Assembly: GCA_965216875.1 (NCBI GenBank) | Contig: OZ244207.1 | Location: 576,001 to 640,000 of the forward strand | Direction of reading: 5' to 3' | DNA: 64,000 bases | From: Rubripirellula sp. | GTDB taxonomy: Bacteria; Planctomycetota; Planctomycetia; Pirellulales; Pirellulaceae | Shown: one piece after another, positions 11,659 to 19,086 of the stretch | Layout: the number at the start of each line of letters is the position of its first letter | Numbering within the stretch: position 1 is the first letter of the stretch | Notes under the pieces: model-generated | The model's input: only the letters and a program-made list of their open reading frames with translations | What the model was told of the DNA's origin: nothing | Database searches by the model: none | Translations under genes and position numbers: made by a program

Positions 11659-12627
11659 ATGAACCAGATGATGGGATTCCCTATACGGCCAATTGCGATC
11701 GCCACCCTGCTGGCCACCGTTTGCGCTGTTCCTTGCTTTGCGGACGAAGCCGATGAGGCTTCACTCAAGTCGACGGTCACCGAAACGAAGGCGGCTGACG
11801 CAAAGCCATCGAAGGCCGTCGTTGAGGTCACGGCCAAAAAGAACCAGCGGTTCAGCGATTCAGCCGGCAAAGCAGGTTTATGCGATATCTACTCTCCCGA
11901 TGGTGACGCTCCGCAGGGAGGGTTTCCCGTCGTGCTGGTTGTGCATGGCGGTGCATGGATCAGCGGCGACAAATGGACGCTCGAAGGATACTCGCGGCTA
12001 TTGGCAAGCCACGGGATCGTCGCGGTGACGATGAACTATCGACTCGCACCGGCGCACCCATTCCCGGCTCAGGCCGATGATGTGCGAGAGGCGTTGTTGT
12101 GGATCGTCGACCATGCGGGCGACCTGTCGGTCAATGTCGAAAAGCTGGGACTGTTTGGCTATTCGGCTGGCGGTCACTTATCAGCGCTGATCGCTGCGCT
12201 TGCCGACGAACCGGTCGAGATTCAGGCGGCCGCGAGCAATTGGAATGAAGAAGATGTACGCTGGGCGAAGCTGCCAGGTATCCGAGCGATTTGCGTGGGC
12301 GGACCGCCTTGCGATTTTCGCGAAGTGCCGATCGACAATCGAGCCTTTTCCTTTTTCCTTGGAGGATCACGACGCGAACGGCCTGACCTCTACGTCGCTG
12401 CATCGCCGACGGCGCACGTTTCGGCCGACGACCCCGTGACACAGATCATTCATGGTGAGACGGATGTGATGGTTCCAATCGCAGGCAGCCGCGCCTTCCA
12501 CGCGGCCCAACAAATGGCCGGAGTCGATACGCGGTTTAAGTTGATGCCAAAGCAAGGCCACATGGTGACCTTTCTGAATCCAAAAACGCGCCAAACCATG
12601 CTCGCGTTTTTCAAAGAAGTGCTCTAA
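11659..12627 (+). CDS. Alpha/beta hydrolase (esterase/lipase)
   Basis: HGGAW oxyanion motif, GYSAGG nucleophile, HGETD..VP. Confidence 0.9.
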   Translation: MNQMMGFPIRPIAIATLLATVCAVPCFADEADEASLKSTVTETKAADAKPSKAVVEVTAKKNQRFSDSAGKAGLCDIYSPDGDAPQGGFPVVLVVHGGAWISGDKWTLEGYSRLLASHGIVAVTMNYRLAPAHPFPAQADDVREALLWIVDHAGDLSVNVEKLGLFGYSAGGHLSALIAALADEPVEIQAAASNWNEEDVRWAKLPGIRAICVGGPPCDFREVPIDNRAFSFFLGGSRRERPDLYVAASPTAHVSADDPVTQIIHGETDVMVPIAGSRAFHAAQQMAGVDTRFKLMPKQGHMVTFLNPKTRQTMLAFFKEVL

Positions 12628-12759
12628 GCATTCCCTCTCCGAAGCGACGCTCGCCGGAGAGTTTGTAGTACCGAGCTTTAGCCGGAATCTTCCTGTCTCT
12701 TCCCCTAAAAACGGTACTGCGAACCCGTGAGCCGCACGCGCTAGCGTCGGGCCTCACAA

Positions 12760-12812
12760 GTAGGTCATGCTGTGCATGACACACGCGGGCTGTCATGCGG
12801 AGCATGACCTAC
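12760..12812. repeat. REP-like palindrome (partial copies near 5316 and 39038)
   Basis: gtaggtcatgctgtgcatgac ... gtcatgcggagcatgacctac. Confidence 0.6.
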
Positions 12813-12993
12813 GGAAACACCGGCATTCCCCCACGTAGGCCGCATCAAGGAGCGACAGCGACGCAAATCCGGCATGGTTACTGAGAATCCCTTGTTGGCA
12901 ATGGGAGAAACCACTGTGGCGGAAGGCGTTGGTGGATTTGGTGAGCTAGACTCGACATGTCGCCCGGCTTTCTCGTTTGCTCGCAGGTCTCTC

Positions 12994-13566
12994 ATGAAGT
13001 GTTTGCTCGTTTGTTTGGTAGGGGTTGCGCTGTTTCTTAGCCCCGCCAACGCGGATGATTGGCATCCTGACGACGATACGTTTGATCCAAACATCACGTC
13101 CGTTGTGATCGGCGACCGCTCTTGGATCGGTGACCCTTCGCCGTTCTTGCACACGGGCACTCCACGAGTCGGTTACACCCACGTCAACGCGGTTGCATAC
13201 CAAGGGTTTGACCCGTCGGTTCAGATTTCATTGATGGTCCCGTTGGAGCCGGGTGAGAAGACTCCGCCTGCTGGCGGCATGATGATGCTGAACAAAGCTC
13301 AGGCATCGACACTGATCCAAGCGTTCGAAGCTGGTTTGAAAGCTGAGCCAAAGAACAAAGACCAGCGAATCAAAATCGAAACCGGCTTCAAAGAGGCTGA
13401 CTGGGCGTTGACGTTTGCTTCCGAAGATGGCCAACGTTTTCTTCAGCTCGAAAACAAGACCAAGGACAAAACGGACACTTACCGATTGACCCTCAATGCG
13501 ACAAAGAAACTGATCGGCGCGCTTCAGCACTCTTTGGAAAAGCTCGAAGCGAAAACCAAGCAGTAG
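12994..13566 (+). CDS. Secreted hypothetical protein
   Basis: Signal-peptide-like MKCLLVCLVGVALFLSPANA. Confidence 0.7.
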   Translation: MKCLLVCLVGVALFLSPANADDWHPDDDTFDPNITSVVIGDRSWIGDPSPFLHTGTPRVGYTHVNAVAYQGFDPSVQISLMVPLEPGEKTPPAGGMMMLNKAQASTLIQAFEAGLKAEPKNKDQRIKIETGFKEADWALTFASEDGQRFLQLENKTKDKTDTYRLTLNATKKLIGALQHSLEKLEAKTKQ

Positions 13567-13745
13567 TTTCGATGCGCACAGCCGAACCGACGCGGCGTGC
13601 CGGTTCGTGAGTTTGTTGGCGGAATGCGATCCCCGGTGAGAAGGGACCTGAGGCGCGCTACGGGTGATGGCTGCCTTTTCACAGCCGCCAGCAGCACGCC
13701 TCGAGCCATTGACGTTGAAGTGTTCTCATTTCTGAGTTTCCAGCT

Positions 13746-14624
13746 TCACTCGTCGAACTTTAGACTTCCGTTGAGGTACAGTCGGGCGTTACCGTTCTGG
13801 GCGAGTTCACGAAGCGTTTCGAGTTCGGCCAGTCGCAGCAGGGCCGGGTGACCTTCCAGCGCCTCGGCTGCCTTGACGCGGAGAGCGTATGCTTGCGTTT
13901 CGGCTTCCGCCTTCGCTTGCGTCGCTTCTGCTTCGGCCTGCTCACGCAGTCGTCGTGCTTCGGCGTCCGCCTCAGCATCGCGCCGCGTGATTTCGGCTCG
14001 CGACTCCGCCTCGATCTGCTCGACTTCCGCTCGCGTTCGCGCTTCGACCAGTTGAGCCTGGCTGTGTCGCTCGGCTGCCAATACGCGGTTCATGATCTCC
14101 TGCAGGTTTCCTGGGAAGATCAAGTCCTTCACGTCGGCTCGCCGAATCGTCACGCCGTAGCTGCCAGCCGATTCCGTGACGTCCGAGAGGATATCTTCAC
14201 TCAGCCGGTTGCGGTTGGTCAGAATCTCCTCCAGCGTCATCGACGCCAGTGACCGTCGCGCGGCCAGCTGCACGTCGCTGTAAAGTCGGTCCTCGAAATT
14301 GTCGACCGTGTGGATCGCCGCCTTCGGGTCGGTCACGCGGAATTGAACGAGGATACTTACCCGAATCGCGACCTTGTCGGCCGTCAAGATTTCCTGCCCC
14401 TTAATCGTCAGCTCTCGCTCACGAACGTCGACCAGCATGCACTCGACGGTCGGCAGCTTCTTGAACCAACGCTTTCGCGGGGGAATCTTGTAGTGACCTG
14501 CTTCCAGGATTCTCGACAGCTTACCGTCTTCGTAGTACAAGCCGCGGTGAGTGTCCTTGATGATGAACTCGCGTCCTGCACCGGCAATCATAAGAGAAGG
14601 CATTGGGCTATCGACTTTGGGCAT
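13746..14624 (-). CDS. SPFH/band 7 (slipin) family protein
   Basis: GQEILTADKVAIRV, LEEILTNR, AE-rich coiled coil, HPALLRLAELETL. Confidence 0.9.
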   Translation of the reverse strand: MPKVDSPMPSLMIAGAGREFIIKDTHRGLYYEDGKLSRILEAGHYKIPPRKRWFKKLPTVECMLVDVRERELTIKGQEILTADKVAIRVSILVQFRVTDPKAAIHTVDNFEDRLYSDVQLAARRSLASMTLEEILTNRNRLSEDILSDVTESAGSYGVTIRRADVKDLIFPGNLQEIMNRVLAAERHSQAQLVEARTRAEVEQIEAESRAEITRRDAEADAEARRLREQAEAEATQAKAEAETQAYALRVKAAEALEGHPALLRLAELETLRELAQNGNARLYLNGSLKFDE

Positions 14625-14749
14625 TGGGTACTCGGATGAATCGATCCTGTACTCGGTTGTGATGCAAGTTTGGTTGAGAGGATTTGTTCGCTTGAGTCTG
14701 GCGACCAAGCGTCTGAGGACCAAGCGTCTGAGGACCAAGTCTCGTGAAC

Positions 14750-14868
14750 GGAGCCTCGGAGCGGAGCTGATCTGGAGTACGAGCTTTCAGATTTGGCAAG
14801 TCTGAGCGTTCATTCCGAAAGGTGAACGCAGCAACCATGTGGCCACTCGCTCCTAGCACCGCCGAGGC
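14750..14868 (-). ncRNA. Candidate structured RNA upstream of the SPFH gene
   Basis: Closing stem GCCUCGG/CCGAGGC around nested stems and two internal hairpins. Confidence 0.45.
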
Positions 14869-15000
14869 ATTTTTGTTGATAGGCGTTTGGCTCTAGGCTT
14901 TAGGCTTTAGGCTTTAGGGAGAAGTTCGCAGGGTGAAGTGTGAAAAATCAGTGCGGGCGGTTTCTTTCACACTCCAAACTTCACCCTTCACAATTCAAAG

Positions 15001-15072
15001 TAGCTCGACCAGGATTCGAACCTGGAACACCTCGTTCGAAGCGAGACATGATGTCCGTTTCACCATCGAGCC
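15001..15072 (-). tRNA. tRNA-Arg(TCG)
   Basis: Cloverleaf, GTTCGA T-loop, loop CT-TCG-AA. Confidence 0.8.
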
Positions 15073-15083
15073 GTGTTGCAGAG

Positions 15084-15170
15084 CGGAAGGCATGGGATTT
15101 GAACCCACATGACTCAGGAAGTCGCACGGTTTAGCAAACCGGCCCGGCAAGCCGTATCCGGCTACCTTCC
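15084..15170 (-). tRNA. tRNA-Ser(GCT)
   Basis: Long variable arm, loop TT-GCT-AA. Confidence 0.85.
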
Positions 15171-15180
15171 GAAACTTGAG

Positions 15181-15260
15181 TGGACCGCAAGGGAATCGAA
15201 CCCACAAACATGTAACGGAGGTTTGAGCTCCGCCGCTTTTCCGGTTTGCGTACCACGCCG
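15181..15260 (-). pseudogene. Chimeric tRNA: Leu(CAA) 5' part fused to Ala 3' end
   Basis: The two halves match two different array B genes; T and acceptor stems mismatch. Confidence 0.7.
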
Positions 15261-15262
15261 AT

Positions 15263-15325
15263 CGTTGCCTTTCGCTCCGCGAAAGTAGCATTCAGTAACG
15301 TTGCTTTCGCGGAGCGAAAGACGAC
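15263..15325. repeat. REP-like palindrome (half copy near 32628)
   Basis: ctttcgctccgcgaaag ... ctttcgcggagcgaaag. Confidence 0.6.
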
Positions 15326-15331
15326 ATTAAG

Positions 15332-15421
15332 CGTCCCCGATCGGATTTGAAGCGACAGGGACCTGCTTGGCTCTTGCGTAACAATGCCTGGCAAGCGAGC
15401 ACTCCGCTGCTCCACGAGAAC
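15332..15421 (-). pseudogene. Degenerate tRNA-like sequence
   Basis: Acceptor and D arm recognisable; anticodon and T arms scrambled. Confidence 0.5.
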
Positions 15422-15493
15422 TTTGGAAGTTTGAAGTTGGAAGGGGGAAGTGTGAAATTTCAAACTTCGAACTTCACCCTTTAAACTTCCGAG

Positions 15494-15567
15494 TAGCTCA
15501 GGTGGGACTCGAACCCACAGCATCTCTGGTTCTAAGCCAAAGTGGTCTACCAATTGCCTACCGAGCC
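15494..15567 (-). tRNA. tRNA-Leu(TAG), short variable arm
   Basis: Loop CT-TAG-AA. Confidence 0.75.
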
Positions 15568-15584
15568 ATGTTGATTGAACGGAG

Positions 15585-15655
15585 TGGAGCGCCGGGGAAT
15601 CGAACCCCGATTTTCTGCGTGCAAAACAGATGTCTTCCCGTTGGACGAGCACCCC
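15585..15655 (-). tRNA. tRNA-Ala(TGC)
   Basis: G3-U70 pair, loop TT-TGC-AC. Confidence 0.85.
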
Positions 15656-15744
15656 ATTTGAAGTTGGAAGTAAGAAGGGTGAAGTGTCAAAGAGGTTCGC
15701 GTTCCGTTTTCAACCTTTGCACTTCACCATTCAAACTTCTCAAG

Positions 15745-15835
15745 TGCCCAGGTCACGAGTCGAACCGGCAAACACTCGGACCCAGTATTCAAGGAATACT
15801 GGGCCGAGTCGCTCTGCCAGTTGGCGTAACTGGGC
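15745..15835 (-). pseudogene. tRNA-Leu(TAA) ortholog with anticodon loop replaced by a 10-bp hairpin
   Basis: CCCAGTATTC-CTT-GAATACTGGG inside the anticodon stem; compare 53865-53938. Confidence 0.65.
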
Positions 15836-15896
15836 GTCCGATGCTCACCGACCGATGCAAGTTTCTTGCACCGCCCGGCAAGCTGTTTTATAGCGA

Positions 15897-16163
15897 TCAT
15901 TTCAATCGCGGTTGGCTGTCGCCTGTTGCGTTGCGGTGATTGCGAATCGCTTTCCGATAGTCGGGAGTATCCGCGGCATCAACGACCTCATGGCCGACGC
16001 ACTCAACCACCCATCCATCAACCCAGCGATCGAGGTCGTCTTTCAGTTTCAGGACACGACCCAGCTTCGCAAACTGCTGAGGGATGTATGACGTTGTCTG
16101 CACCGAGCCACCGGCGACCGCACGTTTCATCGCACACTGCACGTATTTGACTTGTTTGGCCAT
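15897..16163 (-). CDS. Small conserved hypothetical protein inside the tRNA array
   Basis: GGAG RBS; homolog at the same position in array B (54003-54262). Confidence 0.75.
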   Translation of the reverse strand: MAKQVKYVQCAMKRAVAGGSVQTTSYIPQQFAKLGRVLKLKDDLDRWVDGWVVECVGHEVVDAADTPDYRKAIRNHRNATGDSQPRLK

Positions 16164-16211
16164 CGTCATTCTCCAAGGTTGGCATGAAGCAGCGTCACCG
16201 TGACGCGTGAG

Positions 16212-16257
16212 TAGTCCTGGATGGAATCGAACCATCGTTTCCTGTTTGTAAGACAGG
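16212..16257 (-). pseudogene. Truncated tRNA-Val(TAC), 5' half missing
   Basis: Nearly identical to the 3' half of 54315-54386; breaks at the repeat flank of a four-helix-bundle cassette. Confidence 0.8.
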
Positions 16258-16316
16258 TGAATGAAGTTTGAAGCGTGAAGTTCGAAGTTTGAAACGAAGT
16301 TCGGTAGATTGTTGGC

Positions 16317-16661
16317 ATGAAAAGTGACTTGCCTGACCGGACATTTGCGTTTTCCGAGCGAATCGTGCGACTCTGTCTGGCACTGGAGGATGAAAGCGAT
16401 GTCGCTTCAACTCTGATGAGGCAATTGCTTCGGTCGGGTACATCTATCGGCGCGAATGTGGAGGAAGCTCAGGCAAGTGAAAGCAAGCGTGACTTCGTTC
16501 ACAAGTATTCGATTGCAGCTAAAGAGGCTCGCGAAACACATTACTGGCTGCGACTGCTAGCCAAGACCGAGGTCATTCCGCCATCTCGCCTTGAACCACT
16601 CACTGCTGAAGCCAACGAACTGGTCGCAATCCTGACGACAATCTGCAAGAAGAACCGGTGA
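16317..16661 (+). CDS. Four helix bundle protein (23S rRNA IVP / bAvd-like family)
   Basis: QLLRSGTSIGANVEEAQ...F.HKYSIAAKEARETHYWL signature. Confidence 0.93.
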   Translation: MKSDLPDRTFAFSERIVRLCLALEDESDVASTLMRQLLRSGTSIGANVEEAQASESKRDFVHKYSIAAKEARETHYWLRLLAKTEVIPPSRLEPLTAEANELVAILTTICKKNR

Positions 16662-16702
16662 CAATCTTTCAAACTTCGAACTTCACCCTTCAAACATCCA
16701 AG

Positions 16703-16773
16703 CACGTCCCCAAGGATTTGAACCCTGACTTACTGGTTTGGAATCAGCAGTGCTACCGTTACACCAAGGACGC
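16703..16773 (-). tRNA. tRNA-Trp(CCA)
   Basis: Loop TT-CCA-AA. Confidence 0.8.
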
Positions 16774-16981
16774 GGGTAAAGTTTGAATTGAGAAGGGTGA
16801 AGTTAGAAGGCGAAGTATCTTCCGCTCATTTCACACTTCAAAATTCCTACGTCGAACTTCCAAGCGCCTCCCGTGTGGAAACGCTCCCAGAATAGGCTTT
16901 AGGTATTAGGTGATTAGACTCTAGGTAAAAGCTGCCTTCTTGCCTGCAGCCTAAACCGCTATGGTCTAAACACCTTCCAAG

Positions 16982-17026
16982 TGACGTGAGCGGGAATCGA
17001 ACCCGCGAACTCCTGGCTGAGAACCA
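16982..17026 (-). pseudogene. Truncated tRNA-Glu(CTC)
   Basis: 3' half of the 54707-54781 ortholog, ending at a heptamer-repeat hairpin. Confidence 0.7.
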
Positions 17027-17131
17027 TAGTGAGACTTCAGGGATCAGGATTCAGACTTCAGAAGTGACCTATTGTCCGACCTGAAGCCTGAAGCCTGAAG
17101 CCTGAAGCCTGAAACCTGCAGCCTGAATCAG

Positions 17132-17203
17132 TACCGCATGGGAGTTTCGATCTCCCTCCTGCTGTTAGAAAGACAGCCGACCTAGCCAGTAGTCGAATGC
17201 GGC
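17132..17203 (-). tRNA. tRNA-Glu(TTC), atypical T-loop
   Basis: Loop CT-TTC-TA; T-arm GGAG-ATCGAAA-CTCC. Confidence 0.65.
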
Positions 17204-17308
17204 GAAGAAAGGCTTTGGGCTCTAGACCATAGGAAAGACGATCAGGTTCGAGCTAGAGCCTAGAGCCTAGAGCCTAGAGCCTGAGGACTAAAGCCTGCGA
17301 AGCCGAAG

Positions 17309-17383
17309 CGCCGAGGACAGGAATCGAACCTGTGTTTGCCTGGTTCAGAGCCAGGTGCAACGACCAACAGTTGCCGCCTCGGT
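17309..17383 (-). tRNA. tRNA-Gln(CTG)
   Basis: Loop CT-CTG-AA. Confidence 0.8.
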
Positions 17384-17421
17384 GTACGGAAGTTTGAAGT
17401 CGGAAGTTCGAAGTTTGAAAG

Positions 17422-17493
17422 CACGGGTGGCAGGATTCGAACCTGCATACCACTGCTTCAAAGGCAGCTGGCTTACCGTTAGCCAACACCCGA
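17422..17493 (-). tRNA. tRNA-Gln(TTG)
   Basis: Loop CT-TTG-AA. Confidence 0.8.
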
Positions 17494-17548
17494 GTGTCTG
17501 CGTTGAACGTTTCAAACTTCTAGCTTCCCACTTCTAACTTCCGAAAGG

Positions 17549-17621
17549 CTCCGGCGGATGGGCTCGAACCATCAATCGTCTCCTTAACAGGGAGCCGCCC
17601 TACCGATTGGGCCACACCGGA
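17549..17621 (-). tRNA. tRNA-Asn(GTT)
   Basis: Loop CT-GTT-AA. Confidence 0.85.
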
Positions 17622-17674
17622 GTATCATCAGGCTTCAGGGATCAGGTTTCAGACTTCAGGATCTAGGGGCGAAG

Positions 17675-18034
17675 ATGAGAGACTACAGAAAACTGCGTGC
17701 GTTCGAATTGGCGGATCAGCTTGCAATCGCTGTCTACAAGTGCACGTCATCTTTCCCGAAAGAGGAAATGTTCGGACTGACATCTCAACTTCGACGCGCC
17801 GCTGTCTCCGCACCATCCAACATCGTCGAAGGAAGTGCAAAGTCATCACAAGCTGACTATGTTCGATTCCTCGAAATCTCCTACGGCTCTGTTTGCGAGG
17901 TTGAATATCAGCTGTCACTCGCACAACGCCTGTCGTATCTCGATGAACAAACAGCAACGGAGGTGATCGGCGTCGCCAATGAAGCCGGACGAGTACTCAA
18001 CGGCCTTCTTCGCTCACTGAAGTCTGACTCCTGA
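17675..18034 (+). CDS. Four helix bundle protein (23S rRNA IVP / bAvd-like family)
   Basis: FPKEEMFGLTSQLRRAAVSAPSNIVEG signature. Confidence 0.95.
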   Translation: MRDYRKLRAFELADQLAIAVYKCTSSFPKEEMFGLTSQLRRAAVSAPSNIVEGSAKSSQADYVRFLEISYGSVCEVEYQLSLAQRLSYLDEQTATEVIGVANEAGRVLNGLLRSLKSDS

Positions 18035-18051
18035 AGCCTGAAGTCTGACCA

Positions 18052-18122
18052 AGCGCCCAGCGAGAATTGAACTCGCGTCTTCTGCATGGCAAGCAGATGG
18101 GTTACCACTACACCATGGGCGC
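18052..18122 (-). tRNA. tRNA-Gly(GCC)
   Basis: Loop TT-GCC-AT. Confidence 0.85.
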
Positions 18123-18141
18123 AAAATGCATCACAACCAGA

Positions 18142-18153
18142 TTGTCAAAGATC
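18142..18153 (-). promoter_or_regulatory. boxA-like antitermination motif
   Basis: GATCTTTGACAA, identical at 55743-55754. Confidence 0.55.
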
Positions 18154-18211
18154 GGATCAGGCTTCAGGTCTCAGTCTTCAGACTTCAGTTTTCTTGCTGA
18201 AGTCTGACAAA

Positions 18212-18284
18212 GAGCACCGAGTCGGATTCGAACCGACGTCCCCTCGTTACGACGGAGGGATCTTCCCACTAGACGATCAGTGCT
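18212..18284 (-). tRNA. tRNA-Thr(CGT)
   Basis: Loop GT-CGT-AA, one anticodon-stem mismatch. Confidence 0.7.
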
Positions 18285-18427
18285 GGAGTCAGGTGTCAGG
18301 CTCCAGGCTCCAGGTTCCAGGTACTAGGCTTCAGGTTTGAGGTTTCTGTTCCTTGCTGAAGTCTGAAGTCTGAAGTCTGAAGTCTGAAGCCTGAAGCCTG
18401 AAGCCTGAAGCCTAAAGTCTGCCCAAG

Positions 18428-18500
18428 TGGGACCGGTGAGAATCGAACTCACATGAGTCGGTTTAAGAGACCGGTGCATTACCTTGTCTGCCACAATCCC
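18428..18500 (-). tRNA. tRNA-Lys(CTT)
   Basis: Loop CT-CTT-AA. Confidence 0.8.
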
Positions 18501-18531
18501 AAATTGTGTTTTTGTCGTTGATTCGTTTCAG

Positions 18532-18604
18532 TCGGCGTGGCGGGAATTGAACCCGCGACCGTCGCCTTATAAGGACGCCGCTCTCACCCCTGAGCTACAC
18601 GCCG
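18532..18604 (-). tRNA. tRNA-Ile(TAT)
   Basis: Loop CT-TAT-AA. Confidence 0.75.
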
Positions 18605-18615
18605 ATGTGTAGCAA

Positions 18616-18637
18616 GTGGGGCCGGAGAGATTCGAAC
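18616..18637 (-). other. Left att junction: displaced 3' end of tRNA-Lys(TTT)
   Basis: gtggggccggagagattcgaac is identical to the 3' end of the intact Lys gene at 56195-56216. Confidence 0.9.
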
Positions 18638-18676
18638 CTGTCTCGTTGCCAACGGAACTTCTCACTGACTCTGGAG

Positions 18677-18748
18677 TAGGATTGCAGGGACTCGAACCCC
18701 GACCCAACCGGTTAAAAGCCGGTGATGCTGCCGTAACACCTCAATCCC
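18677..18748 (-). tRNA. tRNA-Lys(TTT), element-borne replacement
   Basis: Loop CT-TTT-AA; full cloverleaf inside the left junction. Confidence 0.85.
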
Positions 18749-18752
18749 AAAT

Positions 18753-18787
18753 AAAAAACCCAGTGCCGTCGTGTGACACCGGGTTTT
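18753..18787 (-). terminator. Attenuator-type intrinsic terminator (element copy)
   Basis: AAAACCCGGUGUC/GGCACUGGGUUUUUU hairpin. Confidence 0.75.
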
Positions 18788-18814
18788 GTTGTTTCCAGCA
18801 ACAAAACGCCAACG

Positions 18815-18904
18815 TCACCGACGAAGCGGATACCAATCCAATCCATTCGCACCGCAACTGCGGGCGAGCGAATCGCTATTCAGATTCTGTTGTGTCGATT
18901 GCAT
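18815..18904 (-). CDS. Putative leader peptide, 29 aa (MQSTQQNLNSDSLARSCGANGLDWYPLRR)
   Basis: Same position as the array leaders; shares NGxDxYP with leader A; stop lies in GUGAC. Confidence 0.6.
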   Translation of the reverse strand: MQSTQQNLNSDSLARSCGANGLDWYPLRR

Positions 18905-18974
18905 TGGTATTGACCGCTACTTCTCTCGGTTTAGTGATTTTCGTTTGTCGTCCAATCTCAGGCCGACGGAACAA

Positions 18975-19047
18975 TAGACCAGCGAGCGAAAAGAAGGTTC
19001 GCGTCGCTGACAGGAATAGAGATGCTTGGGGCGATATGGTTATTTCA
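18975..19047 (-). promoter_or_regulatory. Tandem ECF-like promoters (element copy)
   Basis: TGAAAT-N16-GCATCT and GCGAACC-N16-GTCTA. Confidence 0.65.
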
Positions 19048-19086
19048 CGGTTTTCTGAAAACCGGGCAAAGTCACTTGGTAGCTGC

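Noticed and set aside
14703..14739. 15-bp tandem repeat gaccaagcgtctgag extending the SPFH ORF upstream
   Set aside because: About 2.5 copies, probably slippage; the SPFH-like sequence starts near 14624.
16317..18034. Diversity-generating retroelement (bAvd-like genes)
   Set aside because: No reverse transcriptase or template/variable repeat pair is visible in the window.
17030..18422. Repeats read as a CRISPR array
   Set aside because: Period-7 tandem units in inverted pairs, no constant repeat with unique spacers, and no cas genes.
15001..18750. ORF-track entries overlapping the tRNA arrays (e.g. 15131-15652, 18616-19215, 52563-52940)
   Set aside because: Shadow frames over tRNA genes and repeats, with no protein motifs.
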